From the NCBI GenBank assembly GCA_051294375.1, contig CM119271.1, forward strand, positions 3,555,488-3,619,487: a DNA stretch of 64,000 bases, written 5' to 3'. The notes beneath the pieces were generated by a model that searched no databases, was not told the origin of the DNA, and saw nothing but the letters and a program-made list of their open reading frames with translations. This stretch comes from Paraspadella gotoi. Lineage: Eukaryota; Animalia; Chaetognatha. The position numbers and the translations under genes were made by a program. Positions 49,134 to 63,334 of the stretch are shown here, in pieces; position 1 is the stretch's first letter; each line of letters starts with the position of its first letter.

Positions 49134-51109
49134 ACTAACTCACGAAATCCGAGTTTTGTTTTTCCGTGAGACAAAAAGGTCGGACGCCGAAGTCGATGAG
49201 TTTCGCTTTTTGTTTCGCGAGAAACAAAATGAAAGGAAAAAAAAAACAAACAAAAGACTGTCGTTTTCTTTGTCGAGTCACCGGAAACAAAGGAGATCGT
49301 GAAATGGAGCCTTTGATTCCAATGGAACTGTCGAGAGGCGGAACTAATGGAATGACGGTTTTTTCTAATTGTATGAATTGTATTATCTCTGTCGAATTAT
49401 GTGACAATGTACGAAAAAGCAACCGAAACAGATACATACTAAAAAATTAAAGGAAAAAAAAAAGCAACCGAAAAAAATAAAGGCTTAATAACCGTCACAC
49501 TCAAAAATAACACAATCACACACTCATACACTCATACACAACTGCACGCCCTAAAAAATGGAAAAACGGAAGTTTGGATTAAAGTTTCGAATACAAAAAA
49601 ACTATTCGACCGTCGTGCGGGAATTTTTTAAATCTTTTTTTTCTGTAATCGAATAGGGAATGTCGAAAGAGGGAGAGGGAAAAAGTTGAAAGAATAATGG
49701 AAAGGAAAGTGAGACAAAGGGATATGAGAGAGAGAGAGAGAGAGANNNNNNNNNNNNNNNNNNNNNNNNNNNNNNNNNNNNNNNNNNNNNNNNNNNNNNN
49801 NNNNNNNNNNNNNNNNNNNNNNNNNNNNNNNNNNNNNNNNNNNNNNNNNNNNNNNNNNNNNNNNNNNNNNNNNNNNNNNNNNNNNNNNNNNNNNNNNNNN
49901 NNNNNNNNNNNNNNNNNNNNNNNNNNNNNNNNNNNNNNNNNNNNNNNNNNNNNNNNNNNNNNNNNNNNNNNNNNNNNNNNNNNNNNNNNNNNNNNNNNNN
50001 NNNNNNNNNNNNNNNNNNNNNNNNNNNNNNNNNNNNNNNNNNNNNNNNNNNNNNNNNNNNNNNNNNNNNNNNNNNNNNNNNNNNNNNNNNNNNNNNNNNN
50101 NNNAGAGAGAGAGAGAGAGAGAGTATGCTCACAGAGTCGACGGTGTTTAAACGATCGTGGCCGGGGTTGTGCCAAGTCCCTTCGTTCGAGATGGAGAGGG
50201 GTGGGACGAGGAACGAGGGAGAGGGAGAGATAGAGCGAGAGAGAGACAGTGAGGAGACGGATGGGATCAGGAAGGATCGAAAACGTGAGATCGAGGCCCA
50301 ACCAACAGGGAGAAAGAGAGAGAGAGTGAGAGAGACCGAGAGATCCAGTCAGAAACGGAGAGAGAGAGAGAGAATACGAGGTCGTCAAAGTTTCGAAACA
50401 ATAACCACAAAAAATTTTTTTTTTCTGAAAAGAAAGAAAAATTAGTCAAAGCGAAAGTCAGCAGATAATCTTTCAACTTTGATCTTTTTAAACCGAACGT
50501 TTGTTCGTTTTCTTTAACCAAAGAATTGATAATGAAACCAATGACTTTTTTTNNNNNNNNNNNNNNNNNNNNNNNNNNNNNNNNNNNNNNNNNNNNNNNN
50601 NNNNNNNNNNNNNNNNNNNNNNNNNNNNNNNNNNNNNNNNNNNNNNNNNNNNNNNNNNNNNNNNNNNNNNNNNNNNNNNNNNNNNNNNNNNNNNNNNNNN
50701 NNNNNNNNNNNNNNNNNNNNNNNNNNNNNNNNNNNNNNNNNNNNNNNNNNNNNNNNNNNNNNNNNNNNNNNNNNNNNNNNNNNNNNNNNNNNNNNNNNNN
50801 NNNNNNNNNNNNNCAAAGCCCGCATCATTTCCAATCGGCCAACCTGAAGTCGTCGAGTATCCAGAGATTGATATATATGCAGGTCTGTCGTGACGCTTTC
50901 GTCAAGCGTCTCGCGATGGAAAAAAAAAAACGTGACAGGAAAATTTTCGTCGTCACGGATTGTCACACGCCCGCCAACCGTATTAAAATAACCGATGGAC
51001 ATATCACGATTGGTAATACTAAATGGAGTGGTCCTTTTATACAATCGAAACATTCCTAGAACCCTTATCGTTATTATATTTATACTTATATATATATATA
51101 TTTATATTT

Positions 51110-51215
51110 ATACCACTTCATTGATAGGCGTTAGGTAAGCCACGTAATCTGGGAGTGAATCAATCATATCGTGAGAGAGTCTTGATTAAAAGCAGGGTAA
51201 CTTATTATCTCGTAA
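51110..51215. mobile_element. Partial inverted copy of the interspersed repeat family
   Basis: ATACCACTTCATTGATAGG...CTGGGAGTGAAT...GAGTCTTGATT is the reverse complement of the 20940-21010 end. Confidence 0.6.
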
Positions 51216-53619
51216 TATCATTAAATTACGGGTTTTCCTAGGATACTTAACGAAATCTATTTTTCGACTTCGGCGCAATCGGTTGGAATCCCCGATGGAA
51301 ACTCGTTTTTTTTTTTTTCATTTTTCGAGCGGCGACGAAAATGAGAAATTATAAAAGGAACCGGTTTTAATGACATTCGTCCTCGTGACGAAAAGTTTCG
51401 TTCCGCGACGGGGCGGCACCGTTGGTTCAAAAGGGAACTTGCGTNNNNNNNNNNNNNNNNNNNNNNNNNNNNNNNNNNNNNNNNNNNNNNNNNNNNNNNN
51501 NNNNNNNNNNNNNNNNNNNNNNNNNNNNNNNNNNNNNNNNNNNNNNNNNNNNNNNNNNNNNNNNNNNNNNNNNNNNNNNNNNNNNNNNNNNNNNNNNNNN
51601 NNNNNNNNNNNNNNNNNNNNNNNNNNNNNNNNNNNNNNNNNNNNNNNNNNNNNNNNNNNNNNNNNNNNNNNNNNNNNNNNNNNNNNNNNNNNNNNNNNNN
51701 NNNNNNNNNNNNNNNNNNNNNNNNNNNNNNNNNNNNNNNNNNNNNNNNNNNNNNNNNNNNNNNNNNNNNNNNNNNNNGAGCATTTCTGAGAAATAAACAG
51801 ATCTTACACACGAAGCGCAAGACTCTCTAAAATATTGTCGGTTAATCTCATTTACATTTACCAACTTCGAGGCCAAACTTGGCGAACAAATATCCGACCA
51901 CCAAATTTGATTTTCCCCTTTTCCACGCGCCATTCGAAAAAAAAAAAAAGAAAANNNNNNNNNNNNNNNNNNNNNNNNNNNNNNNNNNNNNNNNNNNNNN
52001 NNNNNNNNNNNNNNNNNNNNNNNNNNNNNNNNNNNNNNNNNNNNNNNNNNNNNNNNNNNNNNNNNNNNNNNNNNNNNNNNNNNNNNNNNNNNNNNNNNNN
52101 NNNNNNNNNNNNNNNNNNNNNNNNNNNNNNNNNNNNNNNNNNNNNNNNNNNNNNNNNNNNNNNNNNNNNNNNNNNNNNNNNNNNNNNNNNNNNNNNNNNN
52201 NNNNNNNNNNNNNNNNNNNNNNNNNNNNNNNNNNNNNNNNNNNNNNNNNNNNNNNNNNNNNNNNNNNNNNNNNNNNNNNNNNNNNNNNNNNNNNNNNNNN
52301 NNNNNNNNNNNNNNNNNNNNNNNNNNNNNNNNNNNNNNNNNNNNNNNNNNNNNNNNNNNNNNNNNNNNNNNNNNNNNNNNNNNNNNNNNNNNNNNNNNNN
52401 NNNNNNNNNNNNNNNNNNNNNNNNNNNNNNNNNNNNNNNNNNNNNNNNNNNNNNNNNNNNNNNNNNNNNNNNNNNNNNNNNNNNNNNNNNNNNNNNNNNN
52501 NNNNNNNNNNNNNNNNNNNNNNNNNNNNNNNNNNNNNNNNNNNNNNNNNNNNNNNNNNNNNNNNNNNNNNNNNNNNNNNNNNNNNNNNNNNNNNNNNNNN
52601 NNNNNNNNNNNNNNNNNNNNNNNNNNNNNNNNNNNNNNNNNNNNNNNNNNNNNNNNNNNNNNNNNNNNNNNNNNNNNNNNNNNNNNNNNNNNNNNNNNNN
52701 NNNNNNNNNNNNNNNNNNNNNNNNNNNNNNNNNNNNNNNNNNNNNNNNNNNNNNNNNNNNNNNNNNNNNNNNNNNNNNNNNNNNNNNNNNNNNNNNNNNN
52801 NNNNNNNNNNNNNNNNNNNNNNNNNNNNNNNNNNNNNNNNNNNNNNNNNNNNNNNNNNNNNNNNNNNNNNNNNNNNNNNNNNNNNNNNNNNNNNNNNNNN
52901 NNNNNNNNNNNNNNNNNNNNNNNNNNAGCGAGAGAGAGAGAGCGTGTTATGAAGTTATTCATGTGAATTTGGTTGAGAGGTCGTTGGAACCGGACAGATT
53001 AAGGAACCCGCATTGGAAATTGGATTGACTGGGAAGTACTGAAAAAATATATAAGGTTACGTAAACGTTTAGTTTAAACTTTAGACATGATATCGTATAA
53101 ATATAGATGTGAATTAGGATTTAACCGAATTGCGAGGGTGATATAAGAAACGTCTGTCGTCTTGCCACGCCCCTTTAAGTTTTTAGAGAAAAACAGAGCG
53201 AGTCTTTTGTTTAAGATTTTCGTTTGAATCTTCACCCTTCAGTTTTTGTTTTTATTTCTTTTTTTAATTCTTTTCTCATGTCCTCTCTTAATATTTTTCT
53301 TTCGTAATAACTTCCTTTACTTAGACTTGTCTTTTCTCATTCCTCTCTTGATTTTGTCTCTTGCCGCTTGACTAATAAGTATAATGATTAACAATTTGTA
53401 TATTAATACAAATACGTTATGATCAAAAAAATAAAAGAATACTTGATTAAAGATATAGGAATTTTACATTTTCATTTTTAGCGTGTAAATCATTCCGCAG
53501 TCGATGCACCGTAATATCAAACTACAGAGATGCGTGGCTGCATTTGAAAATAATAAGAATTTGTCGTTGTTGTTGTCATCGTCGTCGTCGATATCGACGT
53601 CTTCGCGGCCGGCTGGGGT

Positions 53620-53720
<101 letters not shown>

Positions 53721-54905
53721 GTGAGGGGAGGAGGTCGAGTCGATTCCCCTTCGGCCGTCATGTTTATCTCTCGACGAAGAACTCGGAATATTTTTCGGTC
53801 ACAATCGAAGGCGGAATGGAAATTTCGGTCACGTGATGCAGTGGGGGATGTGGAGGGGCTGGTGTTGTGTGGGGTGTTGGGGGAAAAGGGGGGAAAGTTA
53901 TGAGAGCGTCAATGAAGAGTTGAAAGGGGAGGGTTCATTAGCGGCTGGTGATTGGTCCAGAAATCAGGGTGAGGAATTAAGTATTGATTTTTTTAGTTTA
54001 ATTTGAAGCCCAAGAAGCAAGATTGAATTATAGCATGAAAGAAAGCGACTTTTGATCCAGGGAAAGATAGATTAATATATAATTAATAATTAATAGAAGA
54101 TTTGATTAGATAGTAGATAGTAGATACACGCCCATGTTTGAGCGTCCTCTGCATTCGAACGAAGATATCGTTTCGGACGTTTTCGCTTGGGTGGGTCGGA
54201 GTTATCACGCCCTTTTTTTTGGTTAATGTTTTTATTTATTTATTTTTTTTACATAGTCCGGGCGGCGAAGTAATCGATGGAGGCTTCGAAAAAAAAGCTT
54301 AAAATTAATACTCGCTCGATGAAAAGAGATTTTTTTGAATTTGATTCCTCGGATTTAATTCGTGGAATTTTCAGCGGATTCGGAATTTCGGAGGAAATTA
54401 GGAAATCGCTGGGGGATTAAATGTGACTTTCGTTTTTTGATTCGGTGAATTTATAATTTTTTTTTGTTTTAAGGTTTTTTTTTTCTTTTAGGGGACTTTT
54501 TTTTATGTCACCGATACTCCCGGTAAAAATATGGGGGAAAAGAATTTTACTAATGCGAGACAAAATGATTGAGTAAATTACCGACATGATGTAATTGCCG
54601 TAATTAGAAAATGGATACTGCGCCAAGACTTTCAAAATCTATAACGTCTTTTGTTTTTTTTTTTGGGGACAAAATTATATTTTATGTAAGCCGAGAGCGT
54701 CCCTCTCGGAAACCTGAAATAACTACGCAGTTGCTTAAAATCGCGCGTCGTAAGGGGGGCGTGAGCGGGGGCTGGGAACATGGAATCTTATTTCTTGTTC
54801 AGACTTTGTCGTTGTAAACTTAGGAATCTCGCCAGTCGAGAAATTAATTTATCGAGCTCCATTCCGAAGTTAATTCTCTCTCTGACGAAATTTTGGAAAC
54901 TTCGT

Positions 54906-54944
<39 letters not shown>

Positions 54945-55458
54945 TTTATTTGAAGGAACTTAAAAAAAAAATTTCCCCAGCAAAATACCACGAGATTATA
55001 ATAAAAATTTTAGCGTCAAAATTGTATTTCATATCCGTTCTTTTTTTATTTCATTCATAAGCATTAAGCAATATCAATCTCGAGCTAGCATTTCAAGGTA
55101 TCTAAAACTTTTAAAATAAACTATAAGAAAACTCTTTATACAAAATCGGTGAACTAAACATATAATCCCNNNNNNNNNNNNNNNNNNNNNNNNNNNNNNN
55201 NNNNNNNNNNNNNNNNNNNNNNNNNNNNNNNNNNNNNNNNNNNNNNNNNNNNNNNNNNNNNNNNNNNNNNNNNNNNNNNNNNNNNNNNNNNNNNNNNNNN
55301 NNNNNNNNNNNNNNNNNNNNNNNNNNNNNNNNNNNNNNNNNNNNNNNNNNNNNNNNNNNNNNNNNNNNNNNNNNNNNNNNNNNNNNNNNNNNNNNNNNNN
55401 NNNNNNNNNNNNNNNNNNNNNNNNNNNNNNNNNNNNNNNNNNNNNNNNNNNNNNNNNN

Positions 55459-55491
<33 letters not shown>

Positions 55492-57457
55492 AACATTTAC
55501 GATTGTAAAGAAACGAAACTTGGAAAAACTTCTTTTTTTTTCATGGAATTAGAAATTAACCAGTTATAGATTATTCGACAATTAGAGGCGATTTTAATCT
55601 GGAAGTTCATGAATAATACGCTTCAAAACTTCTAAATTAATATTCCGAACCTATTCATGTAAATATTTTAAAATTAATATTCTATATTACGCACCCTGTT
55701 TTTCCGTACTTCAATGATAACGACGAATCCGCGTTTTCGTCGGATTAATTGGATCGAATCGGTTCGACAGGATCTGAATCAGTTCCACTGTTATTCTTCC
55801 AGAAGGCGCGGCCAGTTTCGCCACTAAAGACTTGTTTTTTTTTGTCGGAATCCACACACCCAGGGTCTCGCACTTCGCTGCAACTCTGATTAAGACTCTG
55901 TCTCGAACCCCGGTCGTACGAAGACCTGAGCTCGGACTGGCTTTATAGTACTTTACAGACTTTACTTTACTTTACGGACGAGCGCTCAATTTCTCATTTG
56001 ACAGGCTGCGTCGTAACTATTGAGACAATCGCGAGGACTCGCACAATCCACGCAAACCGTTGGCGCCTAAACTTTCACCTCACTTTCGAGTCCTCGCCCT
56101 TACCCGAAACTCACCTCGCGCGGCGGGAACGAGGATCGGCGACGCCCGAATGGAACCGGCCTCGATTCGAAACGGGANNNNNNNNNNNNNNNNNNNNNNN
56201 NNNNNNNNNNNNNNNNNNNNNNNNNNNNNNNNNNNNNNNNNNNNNNNNNNNNNNNNNNNNNNNNNNNNNNNNNNNNNNNNNNNNNNNNNNNNNNNNNNNN
56301 NNNNNNNNNNNNNNNNNNNNNNNNNNNNNNNNNNNNNNNNNNNNNNNNNNNNNNNNNNNNNNNNNNNNNNNNNNNNNNNNNNNNNNNNNNNNNNNNNNNN
56401 NNNNNNNNNNNNNNNNNNNNNNNNNNNNNNNNNNNNNNNNNNNNNNNNNNNNNNNNNNNNNNNNNNNNNNNNNNNNNNNNNNNNNNNNNNNNNNNNNNNN
56501 NNNNNNNNNNNNNNNNNNNNNNNNNNNNNNNNNNNNNNNNNNNNNNNNNNNNNNNNNNNNNNNNNNNNNNNNNNNNNNNNNNNNNNNNNNNNNNNNNNNN
56601 NNNNNNNNNNNNNNNNNNNNNNNNNNNNNNNNNNNNNNNNNNNNNNNNNNNNNNNNNNNNNNNNNNNNNNNNNNNNNNNNNNNNNNNNNNNNNNNNNNNN
56701 NNNNNNNNNNNNNNNNNNNNNNNNNNNNNNNNNNNNNNNNNNNNNNNNNNNNNNNNNNNNNNNNNNNNNNNNNNNNNNNNNNNNNNNNNNNNNNNNNNNN
56801 NNNNNNNNNNNNNNNNNNNNNNNNNNNNNNNNNNNNNNNNNNNNNNNNNNNNNNNNNNNNNNNNNNNNNNNNNNNNNNNNNNNNNNNNNNNNNNNNNNNN
56901 NNNNNNNNNNNNNNNNNNNNNNNNNNNNNNNNNNNNNNNNNNNNNNNNNNNNNNNNNNNNNNNNNNNNNNNNNNNNNNNNNNNNNNNNNNNNNNNNNNNN
57001 NNNNNNNNNNNNNNNNNNNNNNNNNNNNNNCTCTCTCTCTCTCTGTTAAAATCCCCTCCGTTCCAGGCAGTACTACTCAGAAGCAAAACGTTTGAATTTA
57101 ACCGCGATTTTAAACGCATTTTATTGGTCAATTCACCGGCCAATGAAATATCGTTAAATCGGTTCCCTCGAACCGCTTGCCACCACATTAGATCCGCGCG
57201 AGCGGAATACCAACCGAGGACCAATTCTAGGATCCCGGCATTTAAATTAATCTGAAAGGCGAAAAAAGATTCTTTGGTGCAAGGTCGACTTGTAGGAACG
57301 GGCGGGTAGATGGCGCGAAAAGGGTATATTTATGTAAGATTGTATGTTTGACGAAAATATTAACTAATAAGTAATAATTATTAAATGAATTAATTAAATA
57401 AAGAATGTTTAAAATTGTTTTTATCTTAAGATTGAGTGAAAATTGACAAAAGACGGC

Positions 57458-57676
57458 GGCCTCTCTCTTCGAAAAGCACCCCATTTCTGTTCCTTTTATC
57501 TAATAATTAATCTTTAACGCTAACCCTAAACCTTTGTCCTTAACACTATTCATTAACCTTAATACTCTTAATCCTTTACGTAATCCTTAAACTAATCCCA
57601 TAACCTAACCCTTAAATCAATCTTTAAAGTAATTTTAGATTTCAGATTACATGGGGTGCTTTTGGAAAATAAGGCC
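57458..57676. mobile_element. MITE-like element with ~26-bp TIRs and a degenerate (TAACCC)-like core
   Basis: GGCCTCTCTCTTCGAAAAGCACCCCAT ... ATGGGGTGCTTTTGGAAAATAAGGCC. Confidence 0.7.
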
Positions 57677-57891
57677 CTTTGGTGGATACTTGTCCCATCT
57701 CTTTTCCAGTCATTCACCCACTATCCACTTGAGGGTGTTCTTTACATCCTCCACTTCATTGACTCCCCCCCGACCATTTTCACTACCGCCCCCCTCATTT
57801 CTGTGGGCGGCGGCGAAAAATCTTGACAGGAACTGGATTAAATAGAATGGAAATTTAAGATGAATAGAAAGAGAGAGACATTAGAGACAGC

Positions 57892-57954
<63 letters not shown>

Positions 57955-58452
57955 AGAGGAAAAAAGAGGAAAAAAAAGAGAGAGAGAGAGAGAAACAAGT
58001 AAGAGATACATTGTATCGGTAACAGAACATAGTGACTCATCCAATGTCCAGTCGTTTAAACGAGACAAAAACGAGGAAGGAAAGAAAATAGGAAACTGAA
58101 AAATTAAGAAAGAAAAATAAAAAAGAAGAAAAAGAAGAAAGAAAAAAAAAGAGGATTGATTCTAATGCTGAAAGATGAGAGAGAGAGGAAATGACAGCGT
58201 GAACGAAAAGGAGCGGAGAGAGAGAGAGAGAGAGAGACATAGAAACCGAAAAATAGAAACAGAAAATTATTTTTGTAATAAAAACAAAACTTCTTTTTCT
58301 AAATTTTCTATTAAAAAGTTAGAGGAGGGGTCATTTCCAAAAACATGCAAATAAAAAATTAAATAAAAACCATTGCGTCCAGATTTTTTTTTAATCTCAA
58401 ATTTGATTCGTCCTGAGACGAAATCGGAAATGTGTTGTCGCAAAAACGAAAA

Positions 58453-58564
<112 letters not shown>

Positions 58565-58879
58565 CAATATGCGGGCCTTTAATTTCACCAGAGAGTGAAA
58601 AAAGAGGAAAGGAGCGGAGAGCTGAATTTTTTTTTTTTTTTAGAACTTTGGAATCCAAATCTCTCGGTGCCGAACAAAATTGGCCACCGGAAACAAAATT
58701 ACTCATAATTAAACCCGAAATTTTCATTTGCGTTGCCTATTCGGAACTTTAAATGATATCTTACTACCGAAATCGATGCTATGGAATAAAAAATAATTTA
58801 GCATTAGTTTCCAAAAAAAAACCCATCAACATAGCTTTCCTTCTAAATCAATGGTTCTAATAATCAAATAATAATTAAA

Positions 58880-58904
58880 ATAGTAATAATAATAATAATA
58901 ATAA

Positions 58905-58935
<31 letters not shown>

Positions 58936-58937
58936 TT

Positions 58938-59031
<94 letters not shown>
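58880..59031. repeat. (AAT)n microsatellite
   Basis: Direct inspection. Confidence 0.95.
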
Positions 59032-59912
59032 TAAAGACTAGAATATTCCGAAATATCAAAAGTCTAATCGTCGCGGATGGCCACCGGCCAATGGACACTG
59101 GCCACTGGCCAGTACAGTCACACATCGTTAAACTTATATCAGTTATAAACGAAATTAAAAAAAAAAAAAAAGCTGGCATTTTCTAGTCTTTTCAATTTCC
59201 CCCTTTCCTTTTTCGACCGCGCGAGATAATCAGATTAAGGCCTCGAGATTCAAAAACAGAGTCGAAAGGAACCAAATTTCTTTTTCTTTCTTTTTTTTCA
59301 GAGAAAAATTTCCTGGCAAAAAACAAAAATACGAGGATATCTTTTTCTTCGGCGGAAGGCTGGCGTAGACGACGACGACGAAAGTGGAGCTGGAAAACTG
59401 GATCCACCGAGTCTNNNNNNNNNNNNNNNNNNNNNNNNNNNNNNNNNNNNNNNNNNNNNNNNNNNNNNNNNNNNNNNNNNNNNNNNNNNNNNNNNNNNNN
59501 NNNNNNNNNNNNNNNNNNNNNNNNNNNNNNNNNNNNNNNNNNNNNNNNNNNNNNNNNNNNNNNNNNNNNNNNNNNNNNNNNNNNNNNNNNNNNNNNNCAC
59601 ACACACACACATCCCCTCTCCCTCATAAACCGACTGAAGAGCAGGACGGCGGGACAGCCCCCCTCTCGAAACCGCATTCCAGCCCAAGTTTCCACATTCT
59701 CTTTCTTTCTTTCTTNNNNNNNNNNTCGAAACCAGACCCCGTTTCTCCGGACCAAACGATGATTTTGTGGCCGAGGAAATTTGGACTCGAGGAAATGTAA
59801 TCATTAATTTTAATTCAGTAGTAAAAAAATATAAAATACAATTATTTACGAATCTCGCGATGGAACGAAGCTCACAGGTAATGTTTAAATTCCCATTAAC
59901 GTGATGAGGAAT

Positions 59913-60260
59913 GACGCGCCCTCATTTGTTGATTGAGAGGATGACTCAACGCTGATTGGCTGCAGGCAAAGTTGACGTAATGCTGTTTGCTATCTGTAGT
60001 GTTGAGACTTTGANNNNNNNNNNNNNGTGTTGAGAGTTTGATGGCTCATATGAAAAGTTAAACTTTGAATGTATTTACTATCTACTATTTTTTATTGTAT
60101 AAGGCACCGGTGAATCCTTTAGTCACACCGAGCTCGAACGGAATTACACAAGCAAATAACTACAAGCACGAAACCTGCAAGCACAGTGACGAACAAAATA
60201 AAGTACGATCGCTCATGTTCACACAAGAGAGATTCATCGATCGTTTGCGATTCGTCCTTG

Positions 60261-60294
<34 letters not shown>

Positions 60295-60800
60295 NNNNNN
60301 NNNNNNNNNNNNNNNNNNNAAGAAGAGAGAATACGCGCCCTCATTTGTTGATTGAGAGCGATGACTCAACGCTGATTGGCTGCGAGGCAAAGTTGACGGT
60401 TAATGCCTGTTTGCTATCCTGTAATGTTGAGAGACTTTTGATGGCATTTCATATGAAAGTTTAAACGTTTGGAAATCGTATTTACTGATCTACTATTTTT
60501 TATTGGCTATAAGGCACCGTGAATCCTTTAGCACACACCGAGCCTCGGAACGGAATTACACAAGCAAATAACACAGCACGAAACCTGCAAAGCAACAGTG
60601 ACGAAACAGAAATGAAAGTAACGGACATCGCTCACTGGTTTCACACCAAAGAAGATACTTCATGCGATCCTCGTTTGCGATTCGTCCTTGTCTCCTCTCT
60701 ATCTCTATCTCCTCGATCTCTCATCTCGAAGGATCTCCTGCTCTATCCTCTCTCCTCATCATCTCTCTCTATCTCTCTCTTCTCGCTTCTCTCTCTCTCT
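59913..60800. repeat. Local duplication (59913-60294 repeated noisily at ~60332-60800) across a 25-N gap
   Basis: ACGCGCCCTCATTTGTTGATTGAGAG...CGTTTGCGATTCGTCCTTGTCTC appears on both sides of N 60295-60319. Confidence 0.9.
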
Positions 60801-61024
60801 TTTAGATTCTTCATATTCATATTAAAAACCGATTCCAGCTTTAGAATGTTAAAAAAAACAAAAAAATAAAAAAAAAAAATAAAACAATAAAACAGTCGAC
60901 ATTTGTTTTTCACAAGTTTTTAGTTTTCCTCTTTAGAATATTTATGTGCATCATCTGGATTTTGGGTGGGTATTTATTATAAAATTAGAATGAGAGAGAG
61001 AGAGAGAGAGAGAGAGAAGAGAGA

Positions 61025-61063
<39 letters not shown>

Positions 61064-61900
61064 AGAGAGAGAGAATGAAACGGTGAAAAATCTCTTTCCA
61101 TAAAATTCTTGGCTTCTCTTTATGCCGAACTGATGGACGACAAGTACGGTTTTAAATCTCGTAAATCGGTACTCGCAGCCGAAAAATACCGATTTAACGA
61201 AGCATCGAACTGCGCCTATACAACCGTTTTGAAACATTTTAAATGTTGTTAATCAGCGATTTTTAAAAACATTCCCTACCGTTTAATCTGAGTCTCGGGT
61301 ATTTCATCGGCTAAGCTCCGAAATGTAAATTGAATATATTCTTGTTATCATTCTTAAATAGAAATATCGTTTCTGGACGTACGGCAATATTTTACAACAT
61401 GCTTAAAAGAATAAAAAAATTTCGTATTAGCTATTACATTCCAATATGCTTCTACATTTCATGAAAATTTCTCGCTGTATAGCAAAAGCAATTTTGAAAA
61501 AAAAAGGATATTAAAAAAGTAATAAGTAATAAGACAACTGTCATCGTTGTTTATCACAGAAAAAAATATTTTTTCAATGGGCGCATGCACTGATAACAGA
61601 CTACATTTCCAGAGAAGCAAGAACTTCAATCAGTTTGAACCCTAACCTACGATGTGTATGCCGAAGTTAGACGACATAGGACGAGATGTTAATACAGGAA
61701 CTGAATGACTAAGCAAAGGGAGTTGTTCTCTTAAATTGGCTACGGAAAAACGAGCGCGGCGACGAAAAACGCAAGTTCCGCCCGGATGTGGCGTATAAAA
61801 TAATTTCCTCGCGGAAAGGATTCCCCGTATCTACTTGAAAGCAGTAAAAAAAAAATCTTGGTTCCCAACACACACAACAAGAGAGAGAGAGAGAGAGAGT

Positions 61901-61933
<33 letters not shown>

Positions 61934-62112
61934 ACGAGAGAGAGAGAAAAGAGAGAGAGAAGAGAGACGAGAGAGAGAGAAAGAGAGGGCCGGATTGGGG
62001 TAGGCTGACGAAGATGAAGAGAATGCGGAGATGAAATAGAAAGCGAGATTAAGACTTTTTTTTTTAAAAAAAGGTGAATTTCGATCAGAAGAACTAAAAA
62101 TAATCGCGGTGG

Positions 62113-62169
<57 letters not shown>

Positions 62170-63014
62170 AGATAATGAGAGAGAGAGAGAGAGATAGATA
62201 TGGAGAGCGGAAGAAGACTATAATGGATCGAGATGAGAGGGAGAAATCATGAAAGATAGTGGCGGGCCAAAAAGAGGCCCCGTCGTTAATTAACCGCACG
62301 GGAACGCCTTACCCTATTAGTAAAGCCGTCGTTGTCAGGGATGAGATTTTAGTTAGAAAAGATTATAATTAATTATTAATTAAATTAATTCGATAAAGAA
62401 TTAAAAGATGAAATAATCAAGAAGAAGAATTATAATTTATATCGTGAAGGAAACTGGAAACTCGTATTGATCAACTCGGATCAAGGCCCCCTAACACAAC
62501 CGTGCCGACGTCTTAGTGGTTAACATCGTCGTCGTCGTAGTCGTCTTCGTCGTCGTCGTAGTCCTCTTCGTCGTCGTCGTCGTCGTCGTCGTCGTGTCAA
62601 ACCCGTATAACGTGCCATCTCATAATCAGCTTCTGAGTTCATCTTGATTAAAGGTGTCGCTTCCAAATCGTACGTAACCAAAAAGACTAATACCAACCAA
62701 CCTCTGGCAAATCCACGACGCCTCGAGTGGTCGAAAATGGAAAAAAAAGGCGCCACCGCCGGGCGAAGACGACGACGCCGAACAACGGTTTCGGAAAACG
62801 GCGCCCCATTCGACGTAGTCGATTACGACGCCGTTAAGAGGCGCTGATGCGGCGCGGAATAGTCGAGAGGCGTGGCGAAGGGATCGTCATCGACGACAAC
62901 AATGGAATCGAAGCTGCAATAAAAACAACATCCCGCCATCCGAGAGGGGGGGGCGGGCCAAGACTCGGTCCTTTTCCCGAACCACCTTAATTGTTCGGTA
63001 TCCATTTCAATCTC

Positions 63015-63334
63015 GGCCCCCCTTTTTTTTTCCGAAAGCGCATGAAATTAAGTTTGTTTTTAAGTTTAAAAATTAGGTTAGAGGGACAAGGAATAGGTTA
63101 AGGATTAGTAAGGGTTAGGAATTAGGGGTAAAGGTTAGAAAGTAAGGTTAGGGATTATGGTTAGGGATTAAGGATTGAAGATAGGACGAGGGTGAGCCAT
63201 TAGGTTAGGGTTAAAGGTTAAAGGTTAAATGTTAGAGATTGGTTTAAACTTTTGAAAAGAGAATGTAGTTAGATAGCGTGAAAATTAAGTTAAAGAATTG
63301 GGAACGTAAATGGGCGCTCTCGGAATATAGTGCC
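63015..63334. mobile_element. Second, inverted MITE-like element with a degenerate (TTAGGG)-like core
   Basis: GGC...TTCCGAAAGCGC at the left; ATGGGCGCTCTCGGAATATAGTGCC at the right; GGTTAGGG-like repeats inside. Confidence 0.6.

Noticed and set aside
62520-63005. GC-rich stretch with short ORFs and a minus-strand acceptor-like site
   Set aside because: All three frames after the acceptor stop quickly; no homology recognised.
63070-63250. True telomere or chromosome end
   Set aside because: The repeats are degenerate, short and bracketed by TIR-like ends in internal sequence.
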